A stretch of 64,000 bases of DNA, taken from IMG/VR virus record IMGVR_UViG_3300017763_000002, positions 140,907 through 204,906 of that record; one strand, 5' to 3'. Shown one piece after another: positions 1-11,718 of the stretch; the stretch's first letter is position 1, and each line of letters opens with the position of its first letter. Both the position numbers and the translations under genes were made by a program. The notes beneath the pieces were generated by a model. That model was not told the origin of the DNA, made no database searches, and saw only the letters and a list, made by a program, of their open reading frames with translations.

Positions 1-105
1 CTCGAGGAGTTATGATAGGAGGATCTAGAGGTCCTATATTAAATACTTTCCTTGATCGTTTCGATCCAGCGACTAAGTGATTTAGTTTTGCACAACTATT
101 TAAAG

Positions 106-130
106 AAGCTCGCTTTAAGCGAGCTTTTTT
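106..130. terminator. Probable bidirectional intrinsic terminator
   Basis: AAGCTCGCT-TTA-AGCGAGCTT hairpin with T-run downstream and A-rich upstream flank, at the 3' end of the minus-strand gene. Confidence 0.75.
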
Positions 131-1385
131 ATGTGTGCTTAATTATTTGCATGCCAGTTTTCAATCCCACTTCGAATAAAAACTGAGCAGAAATCTGAGC
201 GAATCCGCCCACCGACATTGAATGTGACTCTGAAGATAATTTTGCGTCAGGGATTTTGATTGTAGCGTATTTTTTTCTATCATCCAGACCCGTCCTGCTG
301 TATAATTTTATTTCTATATCCATAGAAACGTCGTCTTTAAATATATTAGCAATTTGCAGTTCGTCTTTTTCACTAAAATTTCTTAAAATAATTTCAGAAG
401 ACATAGATCCTGACATTGGGAACTGTATCTTCCTATCTTTGATGTAGTTAGATCCGAAAGCATTAATTTCTTGCCTTCCAATTTCAAGAGATATATCCAA
501 AGATTGTATAGACATTGATTCTGGGTCAATATCAACCATGCTAAAACCTCCGCTAGAATTATTTTTATTGTTCGTCCAAGTGATTTCCATATCTCCAGGC
601 CTTAATGCTAATGAAGAATCTGAAGTGTCGGTCTCAAGGGCTGCGTCTTCCAACTGCTGCCTGGTAATAATGACATCAGATTGAGATCTAGTTCCAGTGT
701 TGTCCACAGCTGGAGCTTTTACTGTATTTATTAAGCCAGCAGCGTCAAAGTTAATTGTATCTAAACATATATTACTACAGTCATAAGCCACACTACAACT
801 TACAAACGATCCAACCTTAGCAGATATAGAGTAATTAGATAAATAACAATTACCAAGACCAACTAAATCTAAATTATTTTTAAATTCCTCTCCAGACTTA
901 TCACCTCTACCAAATAAATCAGCTCTAGCACTCGTTTGTTCGGCCAATAAATATAAATTTATATCACCTTTTTTAGCTTCTGCAGTAGACCCTTGATTAC
1001 TCCAGTCAGGTTTGTTGTACAATTTAGAATAAGAAGAATTATCATACTCAAAAAGATACCCTCCTCCAACATTCATTCCTAAGTTCTCTTCATTTTTTGC
1101 GTCAAAAAATAAATATGAAAATTCTAAAGTAACAGTTGGTTGAACTACAATTGGTATTCTTGACTTCATTGGATCAGAATTTAATGCTGGAGTACGATCT
1201 TTTATAAATTCCGAAGACCCTATTTCTTTTAACTGCATAGCTCCGTAATCAAAAGAATAAGAAACGTCTTGAATTCTGGAGATAGTCCGCACCGCTACAG
1301 ATGGTTGGGTTTTAAATGCGGGGGCGGAATCCGCGAGTAAAACCATACGTTCATAACTTAAATGTAACCTTTTCCCAACTGGCAT
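129..1385 (-). CDS. Putative virion structural protein (tail-tube-like, tentative)
   Basis: Long ORF with beta-rich pattern (RIQDVSYSFDY, QPTVTLEFSY, SIQSLDISL) next to tail genes; start moved to MPVGK because GTGTA lies 9 nt upstream. Confidence 0.45.
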   Translation of the reverse strand: MPVGKRLHLSYERMVLLADSAPAFKTQPSVAVRTISRIQDVSYSFDYGAMQLKEIGSSEFIKDRTPALNSDPMKSRIPIVVQPTVTLEFSYLFFDAKNEENLGMNVGGGYLFEYDNSSYSKLYNKPDWSNQGSTAEAKKGDINLYLLAEQTSARADLFGRGDKSGEEFKNNLDLVGLGNCYLSNYSISAKVGSFVSCSVAYDCSNICLDTINFDAAGLINTVKAPAVDNTGTRSQSDVIITRQQLEDAALETDTSDSSLALRPGDMEITWTNNKNNSSGGFSMVDIDPESMSIQSLDISLEIGRQEINAFGSNYIKDRKIQFPMSGSMSSEIILRNFSEKDELQIANIFKDDVSMDIEIKLYSRTGLDDRKKYATIKIPDAKLSSESHSMSVGGFAQISAQFLFEVGLKTGMQIIKHT

Positions 1386-1463
1386 ATTGTTACTTACACA
1401 ATAAAAATATACCAATAGTATTTTTAGCGTGTATAATAATAATGTTCCAACAACTTTTGAATT

Positions 1464-4400
1464 ATGCCAAATAGTAGAATTTCAGACTTATTCCAAGTAC
1501 AGCGTTTAGACCAAGACGTCGACGCTGAAGCGTTGCTTTTGATAGCTAGAGCTAAGTCCCATAACGAGACGATGAGTTATCAAGATTTTAAAAAATCGAT
1601 TACAGACTATTGTGTTTTTATTACTGGCGATCAGCTAATTACTGGATTTAAAACTTTTGAAGATAATGCTTTATTCAAAAAAGATGTTTCTATACAAGGA
1701 GATCTTTCTGTTAGGGGTGACATTTTTAACCTGAGGTTTGAAACTGGTGTTGACCCTGCTTTTCTTGATTCGTGGAAGTCAGTTATATACGCCGCAGATT
1801 CAGAAGTGTCATATGACTCAAAAGCCTGGCGGACACTCTCGAGAACATTGCCTTCAGATGTTCCTGGAGTGCCTGGAACAAAGTCTCAGGGTAAAGTTAC
1901 AGTTATTGATCATGATCATATTTTAAATGGAGATATGGTCAATCTTGTGGCCTCTGACGGACAGCTCATAGGCTTTGTAGAAGGTACAAATTTCACAGTT
2001 GGAGCCAATAAAGAAGCCACAGCAACAAATATCGCTAATGCTATTGACGCACACCCATTATTTACAGCGACCAGCGATATAAATTCTAATGAAATTATTA
2101 TCACTCAAGAAATTGTAGGCATCGCAGGCAACACCACAATTTTTATTGACACCGCCAACCCTCTTCAAATCAATAGAGAAAATTTTTCTGGAGGCTTAGG
2201 CAGCCCTGAAAACCCTTGGATAGATGTTACAAAAAAAGATGCGGATGACTATTTAACTCAACTTGATTCAAATTTAAACACACAAGGAGACTTAACAGTA
2301 GAATCAAATTCAAAACTCGAAGGAATACTAGAAGTTGATGGAGATTCAGATCTTTACTCTAAGCTCACCGTACATAAAGACACATTATTAAAAGATAACC
2401 TAACAGTCAATGAAGATACTTTTTTGAGCGGGCAGCTTAGTGTTAATACCACAGGACAAAGAGAACAAGTTACAATTCATGGGACTGTTGGGCTAACAGA
2501 TGGATACGCAATTAGAGGTACTGGTGTTGATTTAATTTATGCAAGCGGAACCAGCGCTTTTATTGGAAATTCTGGAGCTTTTGAAATTGACAATGACAAG
2601 AGCGCATATATTCTACATGACTCTAATGTTGGAAGAGATTTACTTGTATCAGGGCAAGCTGCATTTTTACAAAATTTAACTGTATTTAAAAATCTTGAAG
2701 TTAAAGAAGACACCCTATTAGGAGATGAACTCGAAGTTGTTGGTACTTCTGTCTTTAAAGATGATGTTGTTATGGAAAAAGATCTTATTGTTAATAATGA
2801 TTTAACGGTTCAAAATAATTTAACAGTAAGAGGGGATGTATTTAATATCAAATTCGAAGAAGGTGTTGATCCTTACAGCCTTTCGGAGCAATGGAGTCAA
2901 ACTGGAGGAGTTAATCTTGACGGTTCTTATTCTCAGGGGGATCAAGTTGAATACAACGGCCAGGCGTGGGAAGCAGATGGATTAACAGCTTCTACAGACG
3001 AGCCAGGCATTTCACCATTATGGAGAGATGTAACAAAAATAACCAAAGACGGATACAAAACAGAACTTGACTCTGACTTACTAGTTGAAGGAAAGCTTGG
3101 AGTTGGAACTGACACTCCTTCAGCTAAATTTCATATCAAAACTGACGCAGCTGATGCCAATTTAATTGTAGATAATAATGGCGCAGAGAATATAGAAGTT
3201 CAAAGTATTAATGATGCAAATGATTCACTCAGTAATTTAAATTTAAATAGTATTGTTTATATTAAAAAATCAAATTTTGTTGGAATCGGAACTAGTTCGC
3301 CAGGTTCATGGGTGGATCCTTTTAATTCTGAAGTGGTAGAACCTATTCTGCACATTAAGGGTGATGTTGCAGGAAAAAAAGGTGTTTACATTGAAGATGG
3401 AGATTTAAAAATTGAAAATAAATATGGATCTAAAACCGAACTTACTTTAAAAACTAACTCCAGCCCATATTTTTCTGACAGCGTAGCTACATTATTGCTA
3501 GAGTCTGGAACTTCTAATGACACTTTTAAAATCAACCAATTCCAAAAAGAGCATGCTACTTTTGGAGGAACCACTATTTTTGATAAAAATATTGATGGCG
3601 GTTACGTTAGTGAATTTTGGCAGTTAAAATCTGGAGCAGATGCCGATCCGAATGCGTCACCAAAAATTTCACAAACAGATTATGACTTGCTCCCAGTAGA
3701 TGATGGAGGGGTTGCAGGCACAACAGACAAGACGGATTACGAAAAGAAAAACATTTTAACTTCAGTGTGGAGAACTCTTCCCGATCAAGACCCAGGAAAT
3801 GGAGATGATTGGCAAAGCGAGTTTCTACCAAGCACATCTTACAGCTCAATTAGTCAAATATTCGGCCAGTTTGGCCAAGTTGCTTTTCTTGGAAATAAAG
3901 GAGACAACCTACCAGAACTTAGTAAGCTTAATTCGGCATCAGACTCCTTCTTCACAATACATAGCTCAGAAGATTCTTTTGATAAAATATTTAAAGTTCA
4001 AGATTCGATACATCCAGACGCAACGCCATTTGTTATTACAAGTGGAGGAAAAGTTGGGGTTGGTACTGAAGATCCGATGTATAAATTAACAATTTCTGAT
4101 AATGATGGCGGACATTTAAGATTAGAAAACAAAAGCGAAATTGCACTCGTTCGCTTGGTCGATGGAGGCAATTTGGACATTTGGTCTCATGGAAATTCTG
4201 ATACAATATTCAGAAGTGGTACGGGCGCCGGAAGTGAACTCGTAAGAATAAAACACGATGGAAGCGTTGGCATTGGCACTGATACTCCTGATTATCCTTT
4301 AGATGTACAAGGCATTTTAAGAATAACTAAAACCACTGTAGACGGAGGAGATACAGCTTTATTCTTTAACCCTGGAGGGGGAGCTGACGAACCAGAACTG

Positions 4401-6191
4401 AACTTGTACGACAAGGATGGCAACCATGGAGTCAGAATATCTTCAGTTACAGACTCTTTCGTAAATGCGCTGGGCGGTAAACTTTCGGTTGGAACCATTA
4501 CTAATCCAGACTCAACACTTAAAGTTCATGCGGACGATGATTCTGCTGGAGCCAACGTTTTTTACGTTGTAAACAAAGCTCACGACACTTCAATTATTAC
4601 GGCTAAAGAATCTGGCGATGTCCAGATCGCTGGAGTGCACTTAAACTCACATACTCACGCAACAGAACCTTACAAAGTAGGAATCAATACCAACACCCCA
4701 GGCTATCTTTTAGAAATCAAAGGCGTAACCACTGGGGACATGTTTAGCCTAACCCATCCAAATCACACCAGAAAACTAAAACAAGGCATAAACGATACAG
4801 AGTCATTTTTAGACTTTTCTACTGGAGATAATTTTGAGATTAAGCAAGCAGGAGTTATGGCTCTCAAAATACATAACGGAGGAGATATAGAATTTGCAAA
4901 TGACCTACAAGTTAATAACAATTTGACAGTACAAAACGACTTAACTGTAAGAGGTGATATTTTTAATATTAAGTTTGAGAATTCTAATTTTGTAACTGGC
5001 TTACCAGCATATGATCCTAATGAAACCTACATAGACCAAACCCAAGTACAGTACGACAATAAAGCTTGGATAAAACTAGGCAACCAAGGACACCCTCAAC
5101 ACCAAGCGCCTGGAATAAATCCATCGCAATGGCAAGAAGTTGCTGTGCCTCAATTTGATGATTATAAAACACATCTTGATTCAGACTTGATTGTAAAAGG
5201 CAAGTCTGGCTTAGGGGAAGAAAATCCTCTAGCAAAACTTCACATAACAAACGATGACCCAACACTTCCAACATTTATAATTGAATCGGGTTCAAAACAT
5301 TTCGAAATTGACTTCGACGGAGATGTCAATATATACAACAAACTAAAAGTTGGCCCAAGAACTAATATAGGGTCATCAGATTCTTTTCAAATTTATCAAG
5401 ACGACCCCTCAGCTGTTGCAGGCGATGAAGAATACTTTTCAATCAAACACACAACTCAAACCAGCAGCGGACCAACAGGAGGCATGTTCCTTCGAGAAGA
5501 TGGTAGAGCATCAATTGGCACTTGGACCGCCCAGAACATGCTTAATATTGACCAACAAGCAGGCGTCACAGGAATAGGGGTTTATTCTCAAGCTGGCGAA
5601 AGAGCCATGATCAATTTAAAAGAATCAGGATCATCTTCATATTTGCAAATTGGTTCAACAGCAACACTACCATCTTCACTACATAATTTATACGGAGCAG
5701 ACGTATCTTATGTAAGATCCGTTGAACAAGACCTGGCCTTATTCTCTTCCATGAACGGAACTTCGGTCCACGTTGGTGCTGGAGACAAAAAGCTGTTGAC
5801 ATTTACAGGCACTACAGACTCTCATCCAGTGACAGGAGCCGAAGCAGGAAATGATATTTTATTTTCTGAACACGCAAACGTTGGAATTAATGTTCCAGTA
5901 GTAGAACTTTCTCCAACAAACAACGACAAGTATAAACTTCATGTATTAGGAGATGTTAAAATCGACGGAAGATTATTCGCTACAGACGTTTTCGAAACTT
6001 ATCCTGTTATTCCTAAGGTTGGAGACACCCATCAGGGCAGCGCTGTAGTAAGACCGCAGCATTCTTATTCAGAAGGAGACAAAGGAACAATTTATTTTGA
6101 TGATGACTACATTTTTATCTGCACGCAAGATAGTGACGGCACAGACCCGTCTAGGATAGCGTGGAAAAGATTCGCAATTAGTGAGTGGTAA
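1464..6191 (+). CDS. Large tail fibre-like protein with CBM5/12-like inserts
   Basis: 1575 aa; repeated VGIGTxxP..L.V fibre motifs, LxVxxDLxV repeats, Y..GDQV.Y.G.AW...PG...W modules, C-terminal GTIYFDDDYIFIC...WKR motif. Confidence 0.75.
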   Translation: MPNSRISDLFQVQRLDQDVDAEALLLIARAKSHNETMSYQDFKKSITDYCVFITGDQLITGFKTFEDNALFKKDVSIQGDLSVRGDIFNLRFETGVDPAFLDSWKSVIYAADSEVSYDSKAWRTLSRTLPSDVPGVPGTKSQGKVTVIDHDHILNGDMVNLVASDGQLIGFVEGTNFTVGANKEATATNIANAIDAHPLFTATSDINSNEIIITQEIVGIAGNTTIFIDTANPLQINRENFSGGLGSPENPWIDVTKKDADDYLTQLDSNLNTQGDLTVESNSKLEGILEVDGDSDLYSKLTVHKDTLLKDNLTVNEDTFLSGQLSVNTTGQREQVTIHGTVGLTDGYAIRGTGVDLIYASGTSAFIGNSGAFEIDNDKSAYILHDSNVGRDLLVSGQAAFLQNLTVFKNLEVKEDTLLGDELEVVGTSVFKDDVVMEKDLIVNNDLTVQNNLTVRGDVFNIKFEEGVDPYSLSEQWSQTGGVNLDGSYSQGDQVEYNGQAWEADGLTASTDEPGISPLWRDVTKITKDGYKTELDSDLLVEGKLGVGTDTPSAKFHIKTDAADANLIVDNNGAENIEVQSINDANDSLSNLNLNSIVYIKKSNFVGIGTSSPGSWVDPFNSEVVEPILHIKGDVAGKKGVYIEDGDLKIENKYGSKTELTLKTNSSPYFSDSVATLLLESGTSNDTFKINQFQKEHATFGGTTIFDKNIDGGYVSEFWQLKSGADADPNASPKISQTDYDLLPVDDGGVAGTTDKTDYEKKNILTSVWRTLPDQDPGNGDDWQSEFLPSTSYSSISQIFGQFGQVAFLGNKGDNLPELSKLNSASDSFFTIHSSEDSFDKIFKVQDSIHPDATPFVITSGGKVGVGTEDPMYKLTISDNDGGHLRLENKSEIALVRLVDGGNLDIWSHGNSDTIFRSGTGAGSELVRIKHDGSVGIGTDTPDYPLDVQGILRITKTTVDGGDTALFFNPGGGADEPELNLYDKDGNHGVRISSVTDSFVNALGGKLSVGTITNPDSTLKVHADDDSAGANVFYVVNKAHDTSIITAKESGDVQIAGVHLNSHTHATEPYKVGINTNTPGYLLEIKGVTTGDMFSLTHPNHTRKLKQGINDTESFLDFSTGDNFEIKQAGVMALKIHNGGDIEFANDLQVNNNLTVQNDLTVRGDIFNIKFENSNFVTGLPAYDPNETYIDQTQVQYDNKAWIKLGNQGHPQHQAPGINPSQWQEVAVPQFDDYKTHLDSDLIVKGKSGLGEENPLAKLHITNDDPTLPTFIIESGSKHFEIDFDGDVNIYNKLKVGPRTNIGSSDSFQIYQDDPSAVAGDEEYFSIKHTTQTSSGPTGGMFLREDGRASIGTWTAQNMLNIDQQAGVTGIGVYSQAGERAMINLKESGSSSYLQIGSTATLPSSLHNLYGADVSYVRSVEQDLALFSSMNGTSVHVGAGDKKLLTFTGTTDSHPVTGAEAGNDILFSEHANVGINVPVVELSPTNNDKYKLHVLGDVKIDGRLFATDVFETYPVIPKVGDTHQGSAVVRPQHSYSEGDKGTIYFDDDYIFICTQDSDGTDPSRIAWKRFAISEW

Positions 6192-6219
6192 TTTTTCAAA
6201 ACAGGTGTAATAAAATAAG

Positions 6220-9200
6220 ATGGCACAAAACGATATATATTTAGTAAGACAAAAAGCAGATGCAACCTTTGAAGAAATTGCGCATTCGCCATTTCAATAT
6301 GACGCTGCGAACATAACCGACCTGCCAGATAAAACAAAAAACACCTTCCACATCAACACTAAGCTTAGGGTTGATGAGCTAGAAGTCAACGGCAAGACTA
6401 CAGTTATACATACAGATACAAATACTAGCGAACAACTTCTGGTAACAAACGATGGCACTGGACCCGCAGCAGTAATTAATCAGCTTGGGCAGTTTCCATT
6501 GATCGACATTCAAGACGACGGAACTAGCGCTTTATTTATTCGCGGAGATTCGCCTTATGGTGGTTTTGTTGGGCTAGGAACCACTACGCCCGACGAACAG
6601 CTGCATCTTACAGGCTCAATTTTACTAGAAAATGAACAACTTTTAATGGCTAAAAATATATCTGACACGAAAGTCAACATTCTCGGAATGACTAATGCAG
6701 ATATAACAAACCTAAACAATGTAGGAGATGGTATCACAATGTCTGTTGGAACCGCAACAGCAGACCCAAAACTCTTTATGCACCCAAGCGGAAGGGTTGG
6801 CCTGGGAATCGAGACAAACGATCCTGGGGCCGTCTTAGAGGTCAAAAGAGACGGTGACACGAACGTTTTATTTAGCCACAGAACTGCCTCTATATTAGCT
6901 GAGATAAATGTTGACAAACCAGAAGATAAAGTTGTATTTAAAACATTAACAGATCACGCTCTATCTATCGGAACAAATGCCTTAGACTTCTTAACGCTAA
7001 CAAAAGAAGGAAATTTAAATTTAGAAAAGAAATTATCAGGAAGTACTTTAACTGGTGGAGATCTTACAATTGACGGAAACTTTACTTCTCATGGCGACAT
7101 GGTTAGTTTCGGAACGGAAGAATTGCTTTTTAGTAAATCACTTACATCTTCAGGAGCCAATGTTTCAAAAACTTATAGAGTTCTAGAAGTTGGTTACAAT
7201 ACTCACCATTGGGATCACGGAACATCTTTTATTATAGAAGTTTATTCAAATCATTATAGCTCTCAAGGTTATCAAAAATATATATTAAATCATACACAGC
7301 TAGATACTAGCGTAACCGGAAGTCAAGATGGTCTTGTAGACAAAACAGGGTCCAGAGATTACGTGTTAAAAATTTTAGAACACGAAGGAGACGCTGGGTC
7401 TTATGAATTTAGGGCGAGACTAGGAGTTCCAGAAGATACTGGAGTTAATGTATCAAATTATGATGTAGCGCTTGTGCCCTTATATATAGACGTAACTAAT
7501 TATGCTAATGTTCGGGTAAAAGTTACTTCTTTTAATTCTGATAGTTGTAAAAGAATTAGTATTGATGAAAATTGGGGCGCGAGCAGTGCTGATGATGAAT
7601 ACAAATTTAATCCACTTCCTACAGCAGAAGATATAACTTGGTCAGATCATGCAGATCTTCCAGGCACTTTAGATTATACTTTTGCAGGAAGACAAGCACT
7701 TTATGCAGATGTATTATTTGGCGACGGAAGAATCAATAGAATTGGCGAGAGAACAACTCATCAAAATAATATCCAATGGGCTTTAAAATTAGCTGACACA
7801 GATACATCATTAACTGTTGCGGGTAAAGTAGGTATTGGTACTGCGACTCCTTCACAAATGTTAGATGTTCGTGGTAATGTTCGTATTGGTCATAACGCAG
7901 ACATTACTCCCGATGACACTCCAGAAGTCCCTAGTATTTTACAGATAGACGGAAATGGCTATCAAGGCTTTGTGTCGCTTGACCAAGATGCAATGCACAT
8001 TGGTCACAACTCTCGTGTCCGTGATTTATATCTTTCAACAAATGAAACTCCAAGACTAACAATCAAGGAGACTTCCGGCAATGTAGGTATTGGGACTACG
8101 AGTCCTATTGCACCACTCGAAGTTGTAGGAGTAGTACATGCAACTGTGCCTACTGACACTAATGCTTATTCAAGACTTACATATGGAGGTGGAGACACCA
8201 AGGTTAATGGTACTGGTAATAACAGAACCACTCAACCTGCTCTCGTCATGCATCGCGTTGGGGAAGATGGTAGTTCAGAAAGAACGGTTGAACTTCATTC
8301 CGACAAAAGATCTTTCTTTATGGGCGGCAATGTAGGTATTGGTACTACGGATCCTGGTGGTAAACTGACAACATTAATTGAAGATGATTCGACTTATGGC
8401 AATAGTACGCCTAACTCAGCAAATTCCGTTCTTACTTTAATAAACACTCCTACAAGTGAAGCAGCTAACAATCATGCGACTTTGCAATTCAATCTAAACG
8501 CAGGCGACCATAATCATGTGGGTAGTATAAGTTTGATTTCTGAGAGTGCAGCTTTAAGAAGAGGAGCACTTGCTTTCTGTACTGATAATGGAACTTCTAG
8601 ACCTGAGGCGATGCGCATCGACTCCGACGGCAACGTAGGTATTGGTACTACAAGTCCAGCAGAAAAATTAACTATAGGTGACGGTGACTTACAATTCTTC
8701 CACTCAAATGCAGGTAACGCACATAGAACAACATTTATAGAATTTGGTAATAGTTCAAATAGGATTACGTCCGAAATGAACTATGGTTCAGATAACAGTA
8801 GTAACTATACTGCTGGGCTAAAATTCACAACAAAGAATTTTAATGGTTCATCATTTCAAACTATTAATGCGTTAAATATTCAAGCCAATGGATTGGTAGG
8901 TATTGGAACACCCGCGCCTTCTGAAAAATTACATGTTTCAGCTGGTAAACTTTTGGTTGCGGCATATGATATTCCTATAGCTCCTGGAGATGGTCCGGTG
9001 GCAGGAGCCACATTCTTTAGTAGAAGAGAGCCTACGAATGGAGTCCGTTACGGATCAGGCATTGATATTGTTCCGATTTCAGAGGATGGTAATTGCTCTC
9101 CATTTATTCGTTTTTATGATTCTGCCGCAAATGCTGATTATGATGACACCATTGTTGGAGATAACAACTGGGCTATAGGCGCGGATGACAGTGGGGTTGC

Positions 9201-11718
9201 GAGCTTTAATATTAACTGGGGAGGTGGGGCCAATAGCGCTAAGCCTACTAGCATCTATGGGGGCAGTCCGAATTCAGGAACCAATCGCTTATCAATTGAT
9301 GGGCCAACAGGCGTCGCTACATTTTCCGGCCCGCTTTCGATAGCTGAAGTTATTAGACACACTGGGGATACGAATACATATTTTGGATTTCCTAATAATG
9401 ATCAGTTTTCTGTAGTCACAAATTCATCTACAAGACTACTGATTACAGACGCCTCAACAACTGTAAATAATGTTCTTCAGGCTCATGGAGGCATGACGAT
9501 CGCAACAAATGAAGATAATGATACTCCGGAATTAACTTTAAAAAGAACAGCATCTACTAGCGCAAGTGGCAGTGACGACATTGTTGATATTCGCGTTGCA
9601 GATAGCGCTCTGAATTTTATCATTAATAATAATTCTGACGGAGGTGGAGGAACATACAATTTCAGAAAAGTGCTATCAGGCCTGGAGGTGCCGGCGCCAA
9701 TCGATTGCGACACTATCACAACTAACGGCATAATTCGAAAAAACGGAGATACAAACACATACCTTGAGTTTCATTCTGCAGATCGACTTCGCTTGGTAAC
9801 TGGCGGAGTACAACAGCTCGAAGTTACAAATTCAGGGTTATTTATTCAGGACAACATCAAACATACTGGAGATGATAATACATATTTTGGATTCCATAAT
9901 AATGATCAGTGGAGGGTTGTTACTGGTGGCTCAGAAAGACTTGAAGTTACAAATACAGCAATTAGCCTCAGTAGGAACACTAATATCTCAGGAACTGCTA
10001 GGGTTGATTATACAGGTACGCATAGTGATGGTGCAGCGCTTACGGTTTCATCTCCTGGTTCAGGAATTAAGCTACATGATTCGACGAACACTAATTCTAT
10101 TAGCAGTACTGCATACATGGACATAGCCTGGCAAGCCGCGTCTAGCGCTACTACTACTAATGGTTTAAGATTCACAAGAACTACTCTAGAGAATGCAGAT
10201 TTTATTATAGACTTGAACGGTTCAGCAACCTTTTCGCACGACTTAACAGTTAATGGAGATCTTACAGTAAACGGTGACGTTGTAACTCTTAATACAACCA
10301 ATTTAGATATTGAAGACAAAGTAATTAAAGTCGCCAAAGGAGCCACAACTGACGCTGCCGCAGATGCTTCCGGAATTTCTTTCGGAGGTAGAGCTGAGCT
10401 GGTTTACAAATCAACTGGCGATAAACTGATGGCGCATAGCTGTTCATCATTTGAAATGGCTTCTACTGGACCAAAATTCATACTTAGGGACAGTAATGCA
10501 GGAACCGCAGTAACCCAAAGTGGGAATATTTCTTACCAATTATCCAACGGAACAGTTTCAGCAGAAATTGGACACATGTCTAATAGTAATTCAGATTTTC
10601 GAATCCAAACAGTTGACGGAAATATTGATATCCGCCCTGGAGGTACAGGAAAGCAGCTTGAGTACAATGGTGAAGAGGTTGCAACAAGAAATTATGTAAC
10701 CACTAACTCTTACAGCCACCCACTATTTAGCACTGGCTCTGTAGACATTGACACTACACCAATGAGTGGAGCTACAGTTATTTCTGATTTAGATTTTAAA
10801 ATCCAAGTAAACGGTGAAGGTCACGTCTCAAATGCTAGCACCGGAATGGGAACAGTCTCTACTAGAGAATTAACTCTTGCGGATCTAGGCTATACTGGAG
10901 CGACTAACGCTAACAATTATTCTCACCCAACAGGAGCAGGCAATAAACACATACCTTCAGGTGGTCAAGTGGGTCAATTCTTAAAATATTCATCAAGTGG
11001 TACGGCAGTATGGGCGTCAGATAATAATACCCAATATTCTGTAGGCGATGGCGGGTTAACACAGAAGAATTTTACTACTACGCTTAAAAATAAATTAGAC
11101 GGCATCGCTGCTGGAGCTACTGCGGTTACTGATAATAGTCAAATCGCTAACGGCAAAGGGTTTATAACTGCTGTGCCAAACAATACTGTTACAGACGCCA
11201 GCGTTTCGGGGGATACTTTGACTTTAACAAGGCAAGGAACTACTGCTATAACTTTTACCGCAACCAACAGCCCAGGCGCAGTCGGCGGATCCACTAACGC
11301 TGTAGAAAAAACTGGAGAACAAAGCATGGTCGGCCCGCTTATTATTACTGGAACAAACACAAGCAATCAAAGTTTACTTGCCGCAGGAGATGTTGTAGCA
11401 ATGACCTCTTCTTCTGATGAACGTCTTAAGAAAAATATTTTAAAAGTTGACTCTGCACTCGATAAGATTTGCAGTCTAGAAGGCTTCACATTCGATTGGA
11501 ACGATAAAGCAAAATCTTTTGGAATTAAATCTGACGCAAGAGAGCTTGGATTATCAGCTCAAAAAACAGAAAAAGTTATACCAGAAGCAGTAAAGACTTT
11601 CGATGAATCAGACTACAAATACATTAACTATGAAAAATTAGTACCAGTATTAGTAGAAGCAATTAAAGAACTTAAATCTGAAATACAAGAATTGAAAAAG
11701 AATCAGTGCGATTGTTGA
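6220..11718 (+). CDS. Long tail fibre protein with C-terminal S74 intramolecular chaperone
   Basis: 1832 aa; many GNVGIGTTSP repeats, HTGDTNTYFGF repeats, SDERLKKNI...GLSAQ...YEKLVPVLVEAIKEL coiled-coil tail. Confidence 0.85.
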   Translation: MAQNDIYLVRQKADATFEEIAHSPFQYDAANITDLPDKTKNTFHINTKLRVDELEVNGKTTVIHTDTNTSEQLLVTNDGTGPAAVINQLGQFPLIDIQDDGTSALFIRGDSPYGGFVGLGTTTPDEQLHLTGSILLENEQLLMAKNISDTKVNILGMTNADITNLNNVGDGITMSVGTATADPKLFMHPSGRVGLGIETNDPGAVLEVKRDGDTNVLFSHRTASILAEINVDKPEDKVVFKTLTDHALSIGTNALDFLTLTKEGNLNLEKKLSGSTLTGGDLTIDGNFTSHGDMVSFGTEELLFSKSLTSSGANVSKTYRVLEVGYNTHHWDHGTSFIIEVYSNHYSSQGYQKYILNHTQLDTSVTGSQDGLVDKTGSRDYVLKILEHEGDAGSYEFRARLGVPEDTGVNVSNYDVALVPLYIDVTNYANVRVKVTSFNSDSCKRISIDENWGASSADDEYKFNPLPTAEDITWSDHADLPGTLDYTFAGRQALYADVLFGDGRINRIGERTTHQNNIQWALKLADTDTSLTVAGKVGIGTATPSQMLDVRGNVRIGHNADITPDDTPEVPSILQIDGNGYQGFVSLDQDAMHIGHNSRVRDLYLSTNETPRLTIKETSGNVGIGTTSPIAPLEVVGVVHATVPTDTNAYSRLTYGGGDTKVNGTGNNRTTQPALVMHRVGEDGSSERTVELHSDKRSFFMGGNVGIGTTDPGGKLTTLIEDDSTYGNSTPNSANSVLTLINTPTSEAANNHATLQFNLNAGDHNHVGSISLISESAALRRGALAFCTDNGTSRPEAMRIDSDGNVGIGTTSPAEKLTIGDGDLQFFHSNAGNAHRTTFIEFGNSSNRITSEMNYGSDNSSNYTAGLKFTTKNFNGSSFQTINALNIQANGLVGIGTPAPSEKLHVSAGKLLVAAYDIPIAPGDGPVAGATFFSRREPTNGVRYGSGIDIVPISEDGNCSPFIRFYDSAANADYDDTIVGDNNWAIGADDSGVASFNINWGGGANSAKPTSIYGGSPNSGTNRLSIDGPTGVATFSGPLSIAEVIRHTGDTNTYFGFPNNDQFSVVTNSSTRLLITDASTTVNNVLQAHGGMTIATNEDNDTPELTLKRTASTSASGSDDIVDIRVADSALNFIINNNSDGGGGTYNFRKVLSGLEVPAPIDCDTITTNGIIRKNGDTNTYLEFHSADRLRLVTGGVQQLEVTNSGLFIQDNIKHTGDDNTYFGFHNNDQWRVVTGGSERLEVTNTAISLSRNTNISGTARVDYTGTHSDGAALTVSSPGSGIKLHDSTNTNSISSTAYMDIAWQAASSATTTNGLRFTRTTLENADFIIDLNGSATFSHDLTVNGDLTVNGDVVTLNTTNLDIEDKVIKVAKGATTDAAADASGISFGGRAELVYKSTGDKLMAHSCSSFEMASTGPKFILRDSNAGTAVTQSGNISYQLSNGTVSAEIGHMSNSNSDFRIQTVDGNIDIRPGGTGKQLEYNGEEVATRNYVTTNSYSHPLFSTGSVDIDTTPMSGATVISDLDFKIQVNGEGHVSNASTGMGTVSTRELTLADLGYTGATNANNYSHPTGAGNKHIPSGGQVGQFLKYSSSGTAVWASDNNTQYSVGDGGLTQKNFTTTLKNKLDGIAAGATAVTDNSQIANGKGFITAVPNNTVTDASVSGDTLTLTRQGTTAITFTATNSPGAVGGSTNAVEKTGEQSMVGPLIITGTNTSNQSLLAAGDVVAMTSSSDERLKKNILKVDSALDKICSLEGFTFDWNDKAKSFGIKSDARELGLSAQKTEKVIPEAVKTFDESDYKYINYEKLVPVLVEAIKELKSEIQELKKNQCDC

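Noticed and set aside
5024-5041. AACCTACATAGACCAAA as a self-target of guide AACTACATAGAACCAC
   Set aside because: It needs two indels; consistent with chance in AT-rich DNA.
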